A stretch of 55,960 bases of DNA from a virus. Its lineage: Duplodnaviria; Caudoviricetes. The stretch spans positions 1 through 55,960 of the IMG/VR virus record IMGVR_UViG_3300029893_000010. One strand, given 5' to 3'. The notes beneath the pieces were generated by a model. That model was not told the DNA's origin. It ran no database searches and was given only the letters and a program-made list of their open reading frames with translations. The position numbers were made by a program, and so were the translations under genes. This document shows, piece after piece, positions 9,506-18,568 of this stretch. Position 1 is the first letter of the stretch, and every line of letters begins with the position of its first letter.

Positions 9506-10714
9506 TCATTTGATAACTCGCACACCGTTCTGGTTGATGCGTCTCCATGCGTAGAGAGCACCCATTGAAGTCCCGAGTCGGTTTGCGGCGATTTCTGCGG
9601 TGACGGTAAATCCGCCTTCTTCCTGGGATGCGAATGCGCTGTCCCTGCGCCACTTCTCGATGAACTGATTGACGTTGCTGCATCCACACACAGGGCGCTC
9701 GAACTTCGATGCGGCGAAGTATGCGATGGCTGTTTTCCAGTAATTTGACAGGTCTGCGTAAGGACGTTCGTCTGACGGATCCATGTATCCCGAGACGTAC
9801 CAAAACCTCGCCTGATCCGGCTCACGGCAAACGCTCCACTCCTGAGATTCCCAAACGCCATTCGCATAGGTGGCAGGGGAGGGAACTACATACCCAAGCC
9901 GCTGGTCACGGATGTGGAAACATCCAGCCTGTGTTCCGAGTTGGCAGGCGGTACACGTGCCGCAGTTGCAAAAGTTTGGTTCACTTTCCCAAAGGAACTG
10001 GACCTGCGTAGAGGGGTCATTGTAGACACGATAGATGTCAACGGTCGTTTCGTAGGACGAAGCGGCCGCATGGTCAAGAGGGGAGGGGTTAAGCGAGTCC
10101 AACTGGTTGGCTGCGACAATCTGCCATGCCTTGAACGTAATGATGGCATTGCCACCGCTGAAACGGACTTTGATCGGTCGTATCTCCCATCCGTCCGCGC
10201 CATTCTTGCCGGGGTAGTAAGCGCGCACCTCGTTTGCGTCCGTCAACGACGACACAACAGTTACCGTGCATGTTTCCGCATAGTTGTCCGTATCCTCATC
10301 GGTTCGCTCGATGGTTGCGCCAGCCTCGATCAAACTCTTTGATCGAACACCGCCATAACGCACGTACGCCTTGTTGAGTTCGAGGCTCTTGAGTTGAAAG
10401 CGGACATTGACACCCATGCCGTATACCTCGGGCACACCGGGTCGCGGATAGGGCAATCTCTCCTCGACAGTCCAGTCAGGCATGAGGTTGAATCCAGCCT
10501 CGCGCGCCATTTCCTGTTCTGCGTCCTGGATCGCCTGCGCGATGGTATCTCTCCCGATCCTGTCAGAGTGTTGCCAGTCTGACTGGAAGAAGATGTCACT
10601 ACACACGTTATTGTTAGACAACGGAGTAAGTTGGTTGAATACTAAGGGCGAAATTCCAATGATGCGGGCAAATTCATCCAGAGACAACCAGGTTTTGATG
10701 TCGGAGCGAGCCAT
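9506..10714 (-). CDS. Putative head-tail adaptor / neck protein
   Basis: About 400 aa from MARSDIKT, upstream of tail tube; AIAYFAA motif. Confidence 0.5.
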   Translation of the reverse strand: MARSDIKTWLSLDEFARIIGISPLVFNQLTPLSNNNVCSDIFFQSDWQHSDRIGRDTIAQAIQDAEQEMAREAGFNLMPDWTVEERLPYPRPGVPEVYGMGVNVRFQLKSLELNKAYVRYGGVRSKSLIEAGATIERTDEDTDNYAETCTVTVVSSLTDANEVRAYYPGKNGADGWEIRPIKVRFSGGNAIITFKAWQIVAANQLDSLNPSPLDHAAASSYETTVDIYRVYNDPSTQVQFLWESEPNFCNCGTCTACQLGTQAGCFHIRDQRLGYVVPSPATYANGVWESQEWSVCREPDQARFWYVSGYMDPSDERPYADLSNYWKTAIAYFAASKFERPVCGCSNVNQFIEKWRRDSAFASQEEGGFTVTAEIAANRLGTSMGALYAWRRINQNGVRVIK

Positions 10715-10988
10715 CGGTATCCATTCCGCGCTTCTGGATGTCCTGCGCACGCTTGATCGCCTTCAAAAAGTGCCAGGCGAACGATGCATGACGCGGAGGC
10801 ATGGATTCCAGTTTGCGCAACGCCTCCTCAAGGAGGCGGTTGGAGTACCAGCAGGGCTTCCACCGATTACATTGCTGGCATGTATATCCCTCCACCCAAA
10901 TGACCTTGGAGAGTGGCCTTCTCTCCAATTTCGTCCAGTCAATCATGTTGACCGTCCCGCAATGCGGGCAGATGTCGGGAATGTCCAT
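10674..10988 (-). CDS. Zinc-finger protein
   Basis: MDIPDICPHCG...CQQC (two CxxC pairs). Confidence 0.55.
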   Translation of the reverse strand: MDIPDICPHCGTVNMIDWTKLERRPLSKVIWVEGYTCQQCNRWKPCWYSNRLLEEALRKLESMPPRHASFAWHFLKAIKRAQDIQKRGMDTDGSLRHQNLVVSG

Positions 10989-11034
10989 AAATGGATTATA
11001 ACCCGAAAAAAAACGGTCGTGGTAAGATTCGGGG

Positions 11035-11337
11035 ATGATACCTCTTATTTCCGCAGAAACCATAGCGGGGCTGGCGTTGTTGGCTGGCGCGTTGTGCCTG
11101 TTGACGTTCCGAAAAGTCCCGAACATGACCAGATCGTCCATTGTGACCATGTTCCAGATCGGCATGGCCATCATCGGTCCAGGATGTGTGGTGGTCGGGT
11201 TCGTATATGCGTATTTCGGTATCATAAATCCACCAGAGATCATTCGGCAAAGCATGGTCCGGCTTTTCCTTTCGTACCTGCTTTGCGGCATAAATCTCTG
11301 GCAAATCATCCTTCTCTGGAAAGGCAAGAGCCTATGA
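11035..11337 (+). CDS. Multi-TM membrane protein (holin-like?)
   Basis: Three hydrophobic segments; ATGA overlap with the next gene. Confidence 0.5.
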   Translation: MIPLISAETIAGLALLAGALCLLTFRKVPNMTRSSIVTMFQIGMAIIGPGCVVVGFVYAYFGIINPPEIIRQSMVRLFLSYLLCGINLWQIILLWKGKSL

Positions 11338-11654
11338 CACCCGAAGCCGCAGACATCATCATCCCTCTGATCGTATCAAGCCTGGTGTCGTTGACGGGGA
11401 TATTTGCCGTCTACTACAACCAGAAATCAAGGAACAAAAGCCAGAACTTCCACGACGACATGGACACCGCCAAGAACGCGCTGGAGATCGCAGAGCGCGC
11501 TACGAAAAAGAACCTTGAACTCTCCAGGGAGGTGGAGAGCCTCAAATCCATTCTGAAAGACAAACACTACAAGGTGACGGTAGTGTTTACGCTGGGGGAA
11601 ACACCGCACATCCTCTCCTCGACAATCGAGGCGATCCCATCACACACAAAATAA
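11334..11654 (+). CDS. Protein with N-terminal TM and coiled coil
   Basis: MTPEAADIIIPLIVSSLVSLTG... followed by a coiled coil. Confidence 0.55.
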   Translation: MTPEAADIIIPLIVSSLVSLTGIFAVYYNQKSRNKSQNFHDDMDTAKNALEIAERATKKNLELSREVESLKSILKDKHYKVTVVFTLGETPHILSSTIEAIPSHTK

Positions 11655-11684
11655 GAGTGGGGGATGAATTTTCTCATAATTCCC

Positions 11685-11712
11685 TTGACCTTTCAAAATA
11701 GGTAGATATAAT
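11685..11712 (+). promoter_or_regulatory. Sigma70-type promoter for the recombinase operon
   Basis: TTGACC-N16-TATAAT. Confidence 0.6.
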
Positions 11713-11750
11713 TACAACTATATGGAACTATTCAAGAAAAGGAAAACATC

Positions 11751-11915
11751 ATGAGAACAGCAATATTTTTAGGACTTTTGTACGTTGGCGATGCAATAAG
11801 AACCATATCAGGAGTCTCCACAACATCTCTGGCGTACGCAATACTTATCGTAATTGTCCTTGCGGTTTGTATTGTCATGGACATTGGCGATTTTTTTGAA
11901 ATCCAAAAACGATGA
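11751..11915 (+). CDS. Small membrane protein (54 aa)
   Basis: Manual translation MRTAIFLGLLY...; AAGGA RBS; ATGA overlap with the recombinase. Confidence 0.5.
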   Translation: MRTAIFLGLLYVGDAIRTISGVSTTSLAYAILIVIVLAVCIVMDIGDFFEIQKR

Positions 11916-12790
11916 ACATCCAATCCTTCCTTTCCTCTCTCAATCGCTCCCCTCGCACCATCCGTGCCTACGGTTACGCATTGCTGCGTTTCGAGGCCAT
12001 TGTCGGCGCGGATGCCGAGTTGACAGAGGATACCTATACGAAGTTCCTGAAAGCCATCAAGAACTTCTCCCCTTCCACGCAACAGCAGTGGACGACAGCC
12101 GTGCGGACGTTCTACCGTTTCCACCGTGCAGGAAATGATAGCGTTATGAAGGATCTGTCACGGCATTACCTTCGCAGGAAGGGGAAAAACACGCAAGAGC
12201 CCAACATGGAGAGTGTACAAAAGGTCATCGATTATTGCTCCACATTGCAGGGCGATCTGGCTGCCCTGCGCGACAAGGCATTTGTTCTCACCGTGTCGGA
12301 TTCAGGATTGCGCATTTCGGAGGCTTGTGCGTTATTGCGCGGTGATGTGGACTGGAAACGAAAACTGGCGAACATCGTCGGCAAGGGAGAAAAACGGGCA
12401 ACAGTTCACTTCTCCGACAGGGCGATGGATGCCATACAGCAGTATCTTGCAGCCAGATCCGCGGTCGAGCCGGATTCTCGAAAACCATTGTCCTCACAAC
12501 CTCTCTTTGCACGACACGACATCTCCGCCAGCAAGCGTATTCTTCCTGTGCGTTCTGGCGGGATGTGGAAGTCTATAAAATCCAGAATAAAAGAGGCTGG
12601 GGTTGAAAAAACGATCCGTATCCACGATTTCAGGCACTACTTCGTCTCGCGTCTCTACAACGCGACACGAGATATGATGATAACAAAAGAGGGCGCGCGC
12701 CATGAGTCCATCCAGACTACCGCAAGGTATACTCACCTTGACGAGACGTTTGGAGATGTATACAACAAGGTTTTCAATGATGGAGGTTGA
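11912..12790 (+). CDS. XerC/XerD-like tyrosine recombinase (not IntI-type)
   Basis: Catalytic residues in GLRISE, KGEK, HDFRH, RHESIQTTARY. No integron-integrase I2 insertion visible. Confidence 0.9.
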   Translation: MNIQSFLSSLNRSPRTIRAYGYALLRFEAIVGADAELTEDTYTKFLKAIKNFSPSTQQQWTTAVRTFYRFHRAGNDSVMKDLSRHYLRRKGKNTQEPNMESVQKVIDYCSTLQGDLAALRDKAFVLTVSDSGLRISEACALLRGDVDWKRKLANIVGKGEKRATVHFSDRAMDAIQQYLAARSAVEPDSRKPLSSQPLFARHDISASKRILPVRSGGMWKSIKSRIKEAGVEKTIRIHDFRHYFVSRLYNATRDMMITKEGARHESIQTTARYTHLDETFGDVYNKVFNDGG

Positions 12791-12909
12791 TGTGGATTGG
12801 GAAAGCAAATACCATAAGGCATCTCGTTTTTTGACGAAACTATCGTTCCCTCTTGAATTGTTTGTTTCTGGAGCAGGGATCGTTTGTGGAATTGTTTTGG
12901 GAGGCTTCT

Positions 12910-13074
12910 ATGGATAGTGCGGGATTCTTCGCAAAGCGATCCAGGTATTACAGAGATCTGTACTACAAAACCGTTCTCAAGGTTTTGATACGTCTCGTGA
13001 CTCTGGTTCTGTTTTTTGTCGTGTTCTTCGGTTTAGGTGTGATTATTTCGTCACTCCTATTAGGAGTGCTATGA
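12910..13074 (+). CDS. Small membrane protein
   Basis: MDSAGFF... with GGAGG RBS and a hydrophobic C-terminus. Confidence 0.45.
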   Translation: MDSAGFFAKRSRYYRDLYYKTVLKVLIRLVTLVLFFVVFFGLGVIISSLLLGVL

Positions 13075-13484
13075 AAGCAAAAAAAGGTAAACACTTCCCG
13101 ATAGTTGGTGGCAATATTGCAGATGAATGTCCTGTTTGCAGTAGCGTCATCGTTGGCATAGGGCACAATCGCGGTATTTGCCCATCATGTGCACGTGAAG
13201 AAATTATTGCATTGCGCAAAGAAGTAGCACGCCTCCATATTGTGGATAAAGAAAAGGTACGAAAAGAATTGCATGAAAAGGTAAATAAGTGGTTCTCGGA
13301 ACAACCGCAACGCCCTATCGCTCAATTCATGCTTGAAACAATGTGGCAATACATTGAATCCGCCCCAAAAAGCGTGCAGGCGGACGAAACTAACTGCACT
13401 TGCAAAGATGGTTACGGTAGTGTTTTAGATGTTGGTAATTGTGGTCGTTGCGGCAAACCGTTTCGCCGTAACGCAAACCGTTAG
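13071..13484 (+). CDS. Cassette-encoded Cys-rich protein (cassette C1)
   Basis: CPVC, CPSC, CTC and CGRC motifs; the ORF reads through an attC and stops in its core GTTAG. Confidence 0.7.
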   Translation: MKAKKGKHFPIVGGNIADECPVCSSVIVGIGHNRGICPSCAREEIIALRKEVARLHIVDKEKVRKELHEKVNKWFSEQPQRPIAQFMLETMWQYIESAPKSVQADETNCTCKDGYGSVLDVGNCGRCGKPFRRNANR

Positions 13485-13486
13485 GT
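13362..13486 (+). other. attC-like site C1
   Basis: GCCCCAAAAAGCGTGCAGGCGGACGAAAC...GTTTCGCCGTAACGCAAACCGTTAGGT; inverse core is degenerate. Confidence 0.75.
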
Positions 13487-13492
13487 GCTTAT

Positions 13493-13729
13493 ATGCGTAT
13501 TCTTGATCTGTTCGCTGGCAAGGGGTTACAGCGCAAAGATAAAAGCGTTCCGCGTTTGATCGTTGCCCCGCGTGGTCGTCATTCCGCAAAGCCGATTGAA
13601 GCCTATGAAAGAATTGAGAGGCTTTTCGGTAATGTAAGCAGGGTTGAATTATTTGCCCGCAATAATCGTCAAGGCTGGTCAGCGTTTGGTAATCAGGTAG
13701 AAGGTTCTATACACCTTCCAACAAGTTGA
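13493..13729 (+). pseudogene. Chimeric methyltransferase relic: C5-MTase N-terminus fused to MT-A70-like C-terminus
   Basis: MRILDLFAG (C5 motif I) joined to HSAKP...ELFAR...GWSAFGNQ (MT-A70 C-terminal motifs). Ends in a truncated inverse core TTCCAAC. Confidence 0.65.
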
Positions 13730-13736
13730 AGTCTCG

Positions 13737-14069
13737 TTACCGTTTCAATCTGCCAAATATGAACGCATCGATCATGAGTGCCCCTGCACTCATCGCAAAT
13801 GGAACCGCAAACCTCAACGCAAATTCATGATCGATCAACCATAGCCCCGTAAACCAAAACGCCACCCATACGGACGAACACCACAAGCACGATAGCACTT
13901 GCGAGAAAAATCCATCCGGTATCTCGACGGAAACACCCTCTTCGTCAACACTGTGACCCGCTGCGACACGGAGTTTTGAAAATACATCGAAAGGACCGCG
14001 CTCGTTCACAAAAAGGTTTGCAATTCGCCATACGGCAAGAATGTAGATGATGAGTTCTGTAAGTGACAT
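13737..14069 (-). CDS. DUF1360-like membrane protein
   Basis: LAVWRIA...ERGPF...LSCLWCSSVW pattern; TATAAT 6 nt before ATG suggests a leaderless transcript. Confidence 0.65.
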   Translation of the reverse strand: MSLTELIIYILAVWRIANLFVNERGPFDVFSKLRVAAGHSVDEEGVSVEIPDGFFSQVLSCLWCSSVWVAFWFTGLWLIDHEFALRFAVPFAMSAGALMIDAFIFGRLKR

Positions 14070-14083
14070 GTAATTATTATAAC

Positions 14084-14115
14084 AAAATAGGACTGGAGAA
14101 ATCCAGTCCTATTTT
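14084..14115. terminator. Bidirectional intrinsic terminator
   Basis: AAAATAGGACTGGA-GAAA-TCCAGTCCTATTTT perfect stem with A/T tails. Confidence 0.8.
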
Positions 14116-14132
14116 TATTTCCTTGTGATATT

Positions 14133-14435
14133 TCAATTCTTCAACGGCTTGGTCGCCTTGTGGAAGCCGTACATGACGGCGACGGCAAGGACAATGCCGT
14201 AGAACAGATCCCAGCCGCTCTTGACATCACATACCAGGTTTGTCTGGAACAAACCATAGCATTGCGCGGCGAAAGAGGCGGCGCCAAGCACGACGGCAAG
14301 ACCGACCGTGATGATACGCTTGTGTTCAATGGCAAGGGCGTCGAAACGCTGCGCGACACCGGGAAGGTAGTCAAAGACAAGCGACATCGCCGCCAGCACG
14401 ACCATCAGTACAATATCGGGGGTGATCTCAAACAT
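14133..14435 (-). CDS. Putative holin (3 TM)
   Basis: 100 aa, hydrophobic helices, basic C-terminus, AAGGAG RBS. Confidence 0.55.
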   Translation of the reverse strand: MFEITPDIVLMVVLAAMSLVFDYLPGVAQRFDALAIEHKRIITVGLAVVLGAASFAAQCYGLFQTNLVCDVKSGWDLFYGIVLAVAVMYGFHKATKPLKN

Positions 14436-14579
14436 GTGAATTCTCCTTTTCTGCATTATACAACAAAAAGCCAGAAGGGGTTGCGAACCTTTCTTCTGGC
14501 ACAAAAGCGTCACACTCGGCTGTCAAGTCCGGTCGCCACGTTCGGATGTTATAGGACGCTTTATGATTTCAAAATTCTA

Positions 14580-17396
14580 CTACGCGACTAGCGGTTCTCC
14601 CAAAAATGACGAAACATCATTGCTCTCCCCCACCGCCGCATTGGAGATAACGCGGTAGGTAGGATCGCCATCCGAATTCACAATGCCGAGCAGGTACGCA
14701 GCATCCCCCACAAACACGGTTTTTAGTCTGTGATAATCGTTGTTGGCGAAACGATACGTCACACTCGGGTCCACACGAGACCGTATCGAGAACGGCTCGC
14801 CACGATCTCCGATGTATTCAATAGTCACCATCACGCTCTTGTCGTTGGTTTCAATGGCAGCCTTGAGGCTTTCCATCGTGAAATTCCCAGACGATTTTAG
14901 CAGTGATGCCGGGACGGTGGTCACTGGTGTTTTTGGTTGAGAACATCCACACATGATCTGTTTTTCTCCTCTCCGATATACACTCCACTTTTCGTCAATA
15001 TATCGGACGATCTCATCTATTTTATCATGGTCTTTTTCTCGTTTTGTAGATGTGTTCATTCGATAAACAAAAAGAGGCTCCGGTATCCTATATGCACAAT
15101 ATCCAAGATGGTGCACACCGATCTGGAAATCCCAATCCTCCATTCCAGGAATGCGCTCATCAAAGCCACCCTGCATTTCCATCATCGATTCTACAATGGC
15201 TCTTGGAAAAAGGATGGATGATCCAGGATACTGCATGGTATGGATAACAAGGGTTGAGTCAAATTCATTGTACGAATTTATCCTGGTTCCTTCCAGTGTT
15301 GAAAGTACAATGTCTGAAAAGATCACTCCGTAATTATGTTCCGCAGTGGACACCATTCTCTCAAGGAACCATGGCATCCAATAATCATCGGCGTCCATCC
15401 AGACAATATATCTTCCTCTGGTGTGCTTGAAACCTTCGTTTCTGGCTGCCGAAGCGCCTCGGTTTCCGTCCATGTTTATGACGCGCGCCCACGGTGCGCC
15501 CATGATGTCGTTTTCCCATGCTTCTCCTGTATCGTTCACCACTACAACCTCCCAATCAGGGTAGGTCTGCGCCTGAATGGAGTCCAGCGCATCGATCAGA
15601 TATTTTCTGTGACCTGGTCCGCATGTCACAACGATGGAAACAATCGGGTTGGCGTAGTCGTGGACATACCAAAAACCGAGGTTTCTTGGTGGGTTTCCCT
15701 GCGCGCCAAATGGAACAAGATACGAATTCCTCGGGCTCTCTCCACGCTGACGAAGTACATCCCGCGCCTGATCGAAGTTTGTAGCGCCCATCCGCCAGGG
15801 GAACCAGGCTGTCCAATCCGGTTCGGCGACTTCGTTCTGCCACTCGGTCGCGCCCTTGCTGTCGTGGCGCTCCCGGTGATAATAGGTTACGGCTTCTGTG
15901 AACTTATGTGCCCGAAACCCCAATGAGGTCACGCGGCACCAAAATTCCGCATCTTCATTGCGCTTCATGCGTTCCCGATAGCCGCCAGAGCGTTCGTAGA
16001 CCTCCCGTCGTGCCATCACACAGGATGGAAGTTGGTTGAGGTGCGCCATCTGATGATACCAATTGTATTTTGCTGGAGGCCACCCGCCTCTTACCGGCTC
16101 TCCATGCTCAAGAACTCTGCTTCCATCTGTACGGACGACCTCGAGATGACCATAGACAATATCAACAGAACGGTTGGTGTCCAGTTCATGCGTCTCAAGT
16201 TCAAGAGCGGACGGGGAAAGAAAATCGTCAGCGTCCAGATGTCGAACATACCGTCCGCTTGACAGCGATAGCCCGTAATTCCGAGCACCGGGAAGTCCAA
16301 GATTTTCCGGGGTTGGAGCGTAACGGATACGTTGATCTGTTTTTGCATGGGTTTCCACGATCTTTCTGGTGGACGCAAGGTTGGCGTCATCCACCACGAT
16401 GCACTCAAAATCCCTGAATGTCTGCTCCTGAACACTGTCCAGGCATTGATCGATGTATTCATCCAGTTTGTATGCGGTCACGATCACGGACACCTTCGGC
16501 GCAGGCGTGTTCCATTTCCGATACACATCCATAAAGAGTTCGGCATACTGCTGGATGCGCGGTTCCCAACTCCAGTTTTTTCTGGCATCCTCCACACAAT
16601 TGGCAGATAGTCGGTCACGCTCCGACAGACAGAGTTGTATGCACTCCCTGAGTGCCCTGTAGTCTCCGGGAGGGGCAAGGTATCCGGTTTCGCCCTGTAC
16701 GATGATCTCAGATTGGCCTCCCCAATTCCAGCCAGCCACAGGCACACCGCTTGCCAGCGCCTCGAGCGTTCCAATACCAAATGTTTCCCGTGCAGTGGCA
16801 AGGTACACTCCCGCTCCTGCAACGACAGGTTTCATCTGCTCGTATGGCTTGACACCGATGATCTTCACGTTCGGTGTGTGGGTGTACATTTTGTTTTGTG
16901 AACCAATCGTGGTTCGGAATTCTACGTCCTGTGTCATTTCCGCGATACGGATCATGTCTCCGGGATCAGAAACATAATCGGCGCGAGCCTTGTTCCACAA
17001 GACATAGTTTCCATGATCTTTGGACGGCTTGAACTCATCGGCGTTGACACCGTGATATATGACCTTCGGATACCAAAATCCGCCGCGGCGGATGGCGCGT
17101 GCCACCCATTCGCTCGGAGCGGTATGTGCCGTGGCGGTGTGCATCGCTTCCACGACCTGCCGGTTCACTTCCATGAACCCATCTCCCCACGGCTGCCTGC
17201 TCCACATGAACCCGTGCCCGACATGCACGACAGGAATTCCAGGGAGGTGCTCGTTTGCACTTCCATGGTTGCAGATCACGTCGGCGGATCGAATGTCGTC
17301 CACAACCTCGACTCCGAACGATGGCAGGTAGCGCACCTGCGCATCGATCACGCGCCGGATGCCGTCAATGGCCTTCTTATTGATATAAACTTTCAT
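14580..17396 (-). CDS. Multidomain glycosyltransferase (GT4 + GT2 + GT2 + C-terminal domain)
   Basis: ETFGIGTLEALASG (GT4 Ex7E), two VSxIV...VVDD/VVND...DADD GT2 domains; start MKVYINKK with GAGG RBS. Confidence 0.9.
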   Translation of the reverse strand: MKVYINKKAIDGIRRVIDAQVRYLPSFGVEVVDDIRSADVICNHGSANEHLPGIPVVHVGHGFMWSRQPWGDGFMEVNRQVVEAMHTATAHTAPSEWVARAIRRGGFWYPKVIYHGVNADEFKPSKDHGNYVLWNKARADYVSDPGDMIRIAEMTQDVEFRTTIGSQNKMYTHTPNVKIIGVKPYEQMKPVVAGAGVYLATARETFGIGTLEALASGVPVAGWNWGGQSEIIVQGETGYLAPPGDYRALRECIQLCLSERDRLSANCVEDARKNWSWEPRIQQYAELFMDVYRKWNTPAPKVSVIVTAYKLDEYIDQCLDSVQEQTFRDFECIVVDDANLASTRKIVETHAKTDQRIRYAPTPENLGLPGARNYGLSLSSGRYVRHLDADDFLSPSALELETHELDTNRSVDIVYGHLEVVRTDGSRVLEHGEPVRGGWPPAKYNWYHQMAHLNQLPSCVMARREVYERSGGYRERMKRNEDAEFWCRVTSLGFRAHKFTEAVTYYHRERHDSKGATEWQNEVAEPDWTAWFPWRMGATNFDQARDVLRQRGESPRNSYLVPFGAQGNPPRNLGFWYVHDYANPIVSIVVTCGPGHRKYLIDALDSIQAQTYPDWEVVVVNDTGEAWENDIMGAPWARVINMDGNRGASAARNEGFKHTRGRYIVWMDADDYWMPWFLERMVSTAEHNYGVIFSDIVLSTLEGTRINSYNEFDSTLVIHTMQYPGSSILFPRAIVESMMEMQGGFDERIPGMEDWDFQIGVHHLGYCAYRIPEPLFVYRMNTSTKREKDHDKIDEIVRYIDEKWSVYRRGEKQIMCGCSQPKTPVTTVPASLLKSSGNFTMESLKAAIETNDKSVMVTIEYIGDRGEPFSIRSRVDPSVTYRFANNDYHRLKTVFVGDAAYLLGIVNSDGDPTYRVISNAAVGESNDVSSFLGEPLVA

Positions 17397-17413
17397 GCTT
17401 CCTCGTTGATGAT

Positions 17414-18136
17414 CTAATATACAGGATAGGTCTTTGGTGGAACAACATGAGAACGGGTGTGGATGACCCCGTTCAGCCACACATTTCCATCTCCATGGAA
17501 TTCCCAATCCATCTCCCTGCCTCCCTCGAGCGGCACGACCCGGCTCTTTTGTATCCAGAACTCGGAAGGTTCCGGTTCTTCGATGGCGGGTTGAAGGATC
17601 GGGATATACACATCCCATGCCCGACCCGGGTTGATGATCTCGGTTCCGTTCCGAAGAATTGCGACAGCCTTCCAGAAACGATACGGTCGAAAGAACCAAT
17701 TATCGATACGGGGGTCAAGCAAATCCGTGTTCTGCTCGTTCGGGTAGGTGAGAACCTTGTAGTGTGTTGCTGTTTCTCCGGTAATGGCAATGATTCCGCC
17801 TCCACACACAACAGGTTCCGCCCGGCCGGTGGTGTATCTGTCATCGGGACGATACGCCCCATCCCCATCCACATTGATCCACATCAGATCGACACTGCGA
17901 GCATACCGAAATCCATCCTCATTGTTGATCTTCTCGATGTATCTCCACCAGTTCGCCTTTACGGAAAACCGGTCTCCTTTTTGCTCTCCATATCCATAAT
18001 TTTGCATACGGATGACATCCGGGAAATATGTGAGTTGAGGAAAACCCGTGCGGTTCGGGTCGTGCTTGACAAGCGCAAGACGAAGGCGTTCACGAACGAT
18101 CCTTTTTCTGGTGTAACGCACCTGGATGGTCTGCAT
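17414..18136 (-). CDS. Hypothetical protein
   Basis: 240-aa ORF in operon with coupled neighbours. Confidence 0.6.
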   Translation of the reverse strand: MQTIQVRYTRKRIVRERLRLALVKHDPNRTGFPQLTYFPDVIRMQNYGYGEQKGDRFSVKANWWRYIEKINNEDGFRYARSVDLMWINVDGDGAYRPDDRYTTGRAEPVVCGGGIIAITGETATHYKVLTYPNEQNTDLLDPRIDNWFFRPYRFWKAVAILRNGTEIINPGRAWDVYIPILQPAIEEPEPSEFWIQKSRVVPLEGGREMDWEFHGDGNVWLNGVIHTRSHVVPPKTYPVY

Positions 18137-18139
18137 TGC

Positions 18140-18565
18140 CTACTCCATGCCGTACGGTTTTCCGTCCACGAATATTTCCCAATCTTTCAGGTCGATCCCG
18201 GTGGGAGATTGGAGATTAATCTGCTTCGCGTCCGGGTCGATCATGAAACCAAAAATAACAGTGGAACCAATTGGAGCAGGAGGCTCCGGCTGTTCTTCAC
18301 CCGCGGGCAGAGGAAGATCACCAGACAACGAAGTGGCAAACCATTCGGGGTGCGGCTTCGTTCCGCGATATTTGACCGCAACATAACGCCCTGGAAACAC
18401 CGAAGTGAGTTGAACCCACATCTCATCTGCGGTGTTCTTGACGATGATGCCTGAGAATTTTTGAAGCGATGAAAGGGTTCCAACCTGGTCAAGGGCAGCC
18501 ACCTGCGCAGCCTTTCGCACGGTGATCTTTGCTCCGGCATTCACCTGAAATTGATAGTCAGTCAT
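18140..18565 (-). CDS. Hypothetical protein (SH3-like N-terminus plus Pro-rich linker)
   Basis: ITVRK...VGTL...W pattern and PEPPAP linker; AGGAG RBS. Confidence 0.55.
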   Translation of the reverse strand: MTDYQFQVNAGAKITVRKAAQVAALDQVGTLSSLQKFSGIIVKNTADEMWVQLTSVFPGRYVAVKYRGTKPHPEWFATSLSGDLPLPAGEEQPEPPAPIGSTVIFGFMIDPDAKQINLQSPTGIDLKDWEIFVDGKPYGME

Positions 18566-18568
18566 GTT

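Noticed and set aside
17414-18565. Endolysin
   Set aside because: No amidase, muramidase or peptidase catalytic motif was recognised, so these stay hypothetical.
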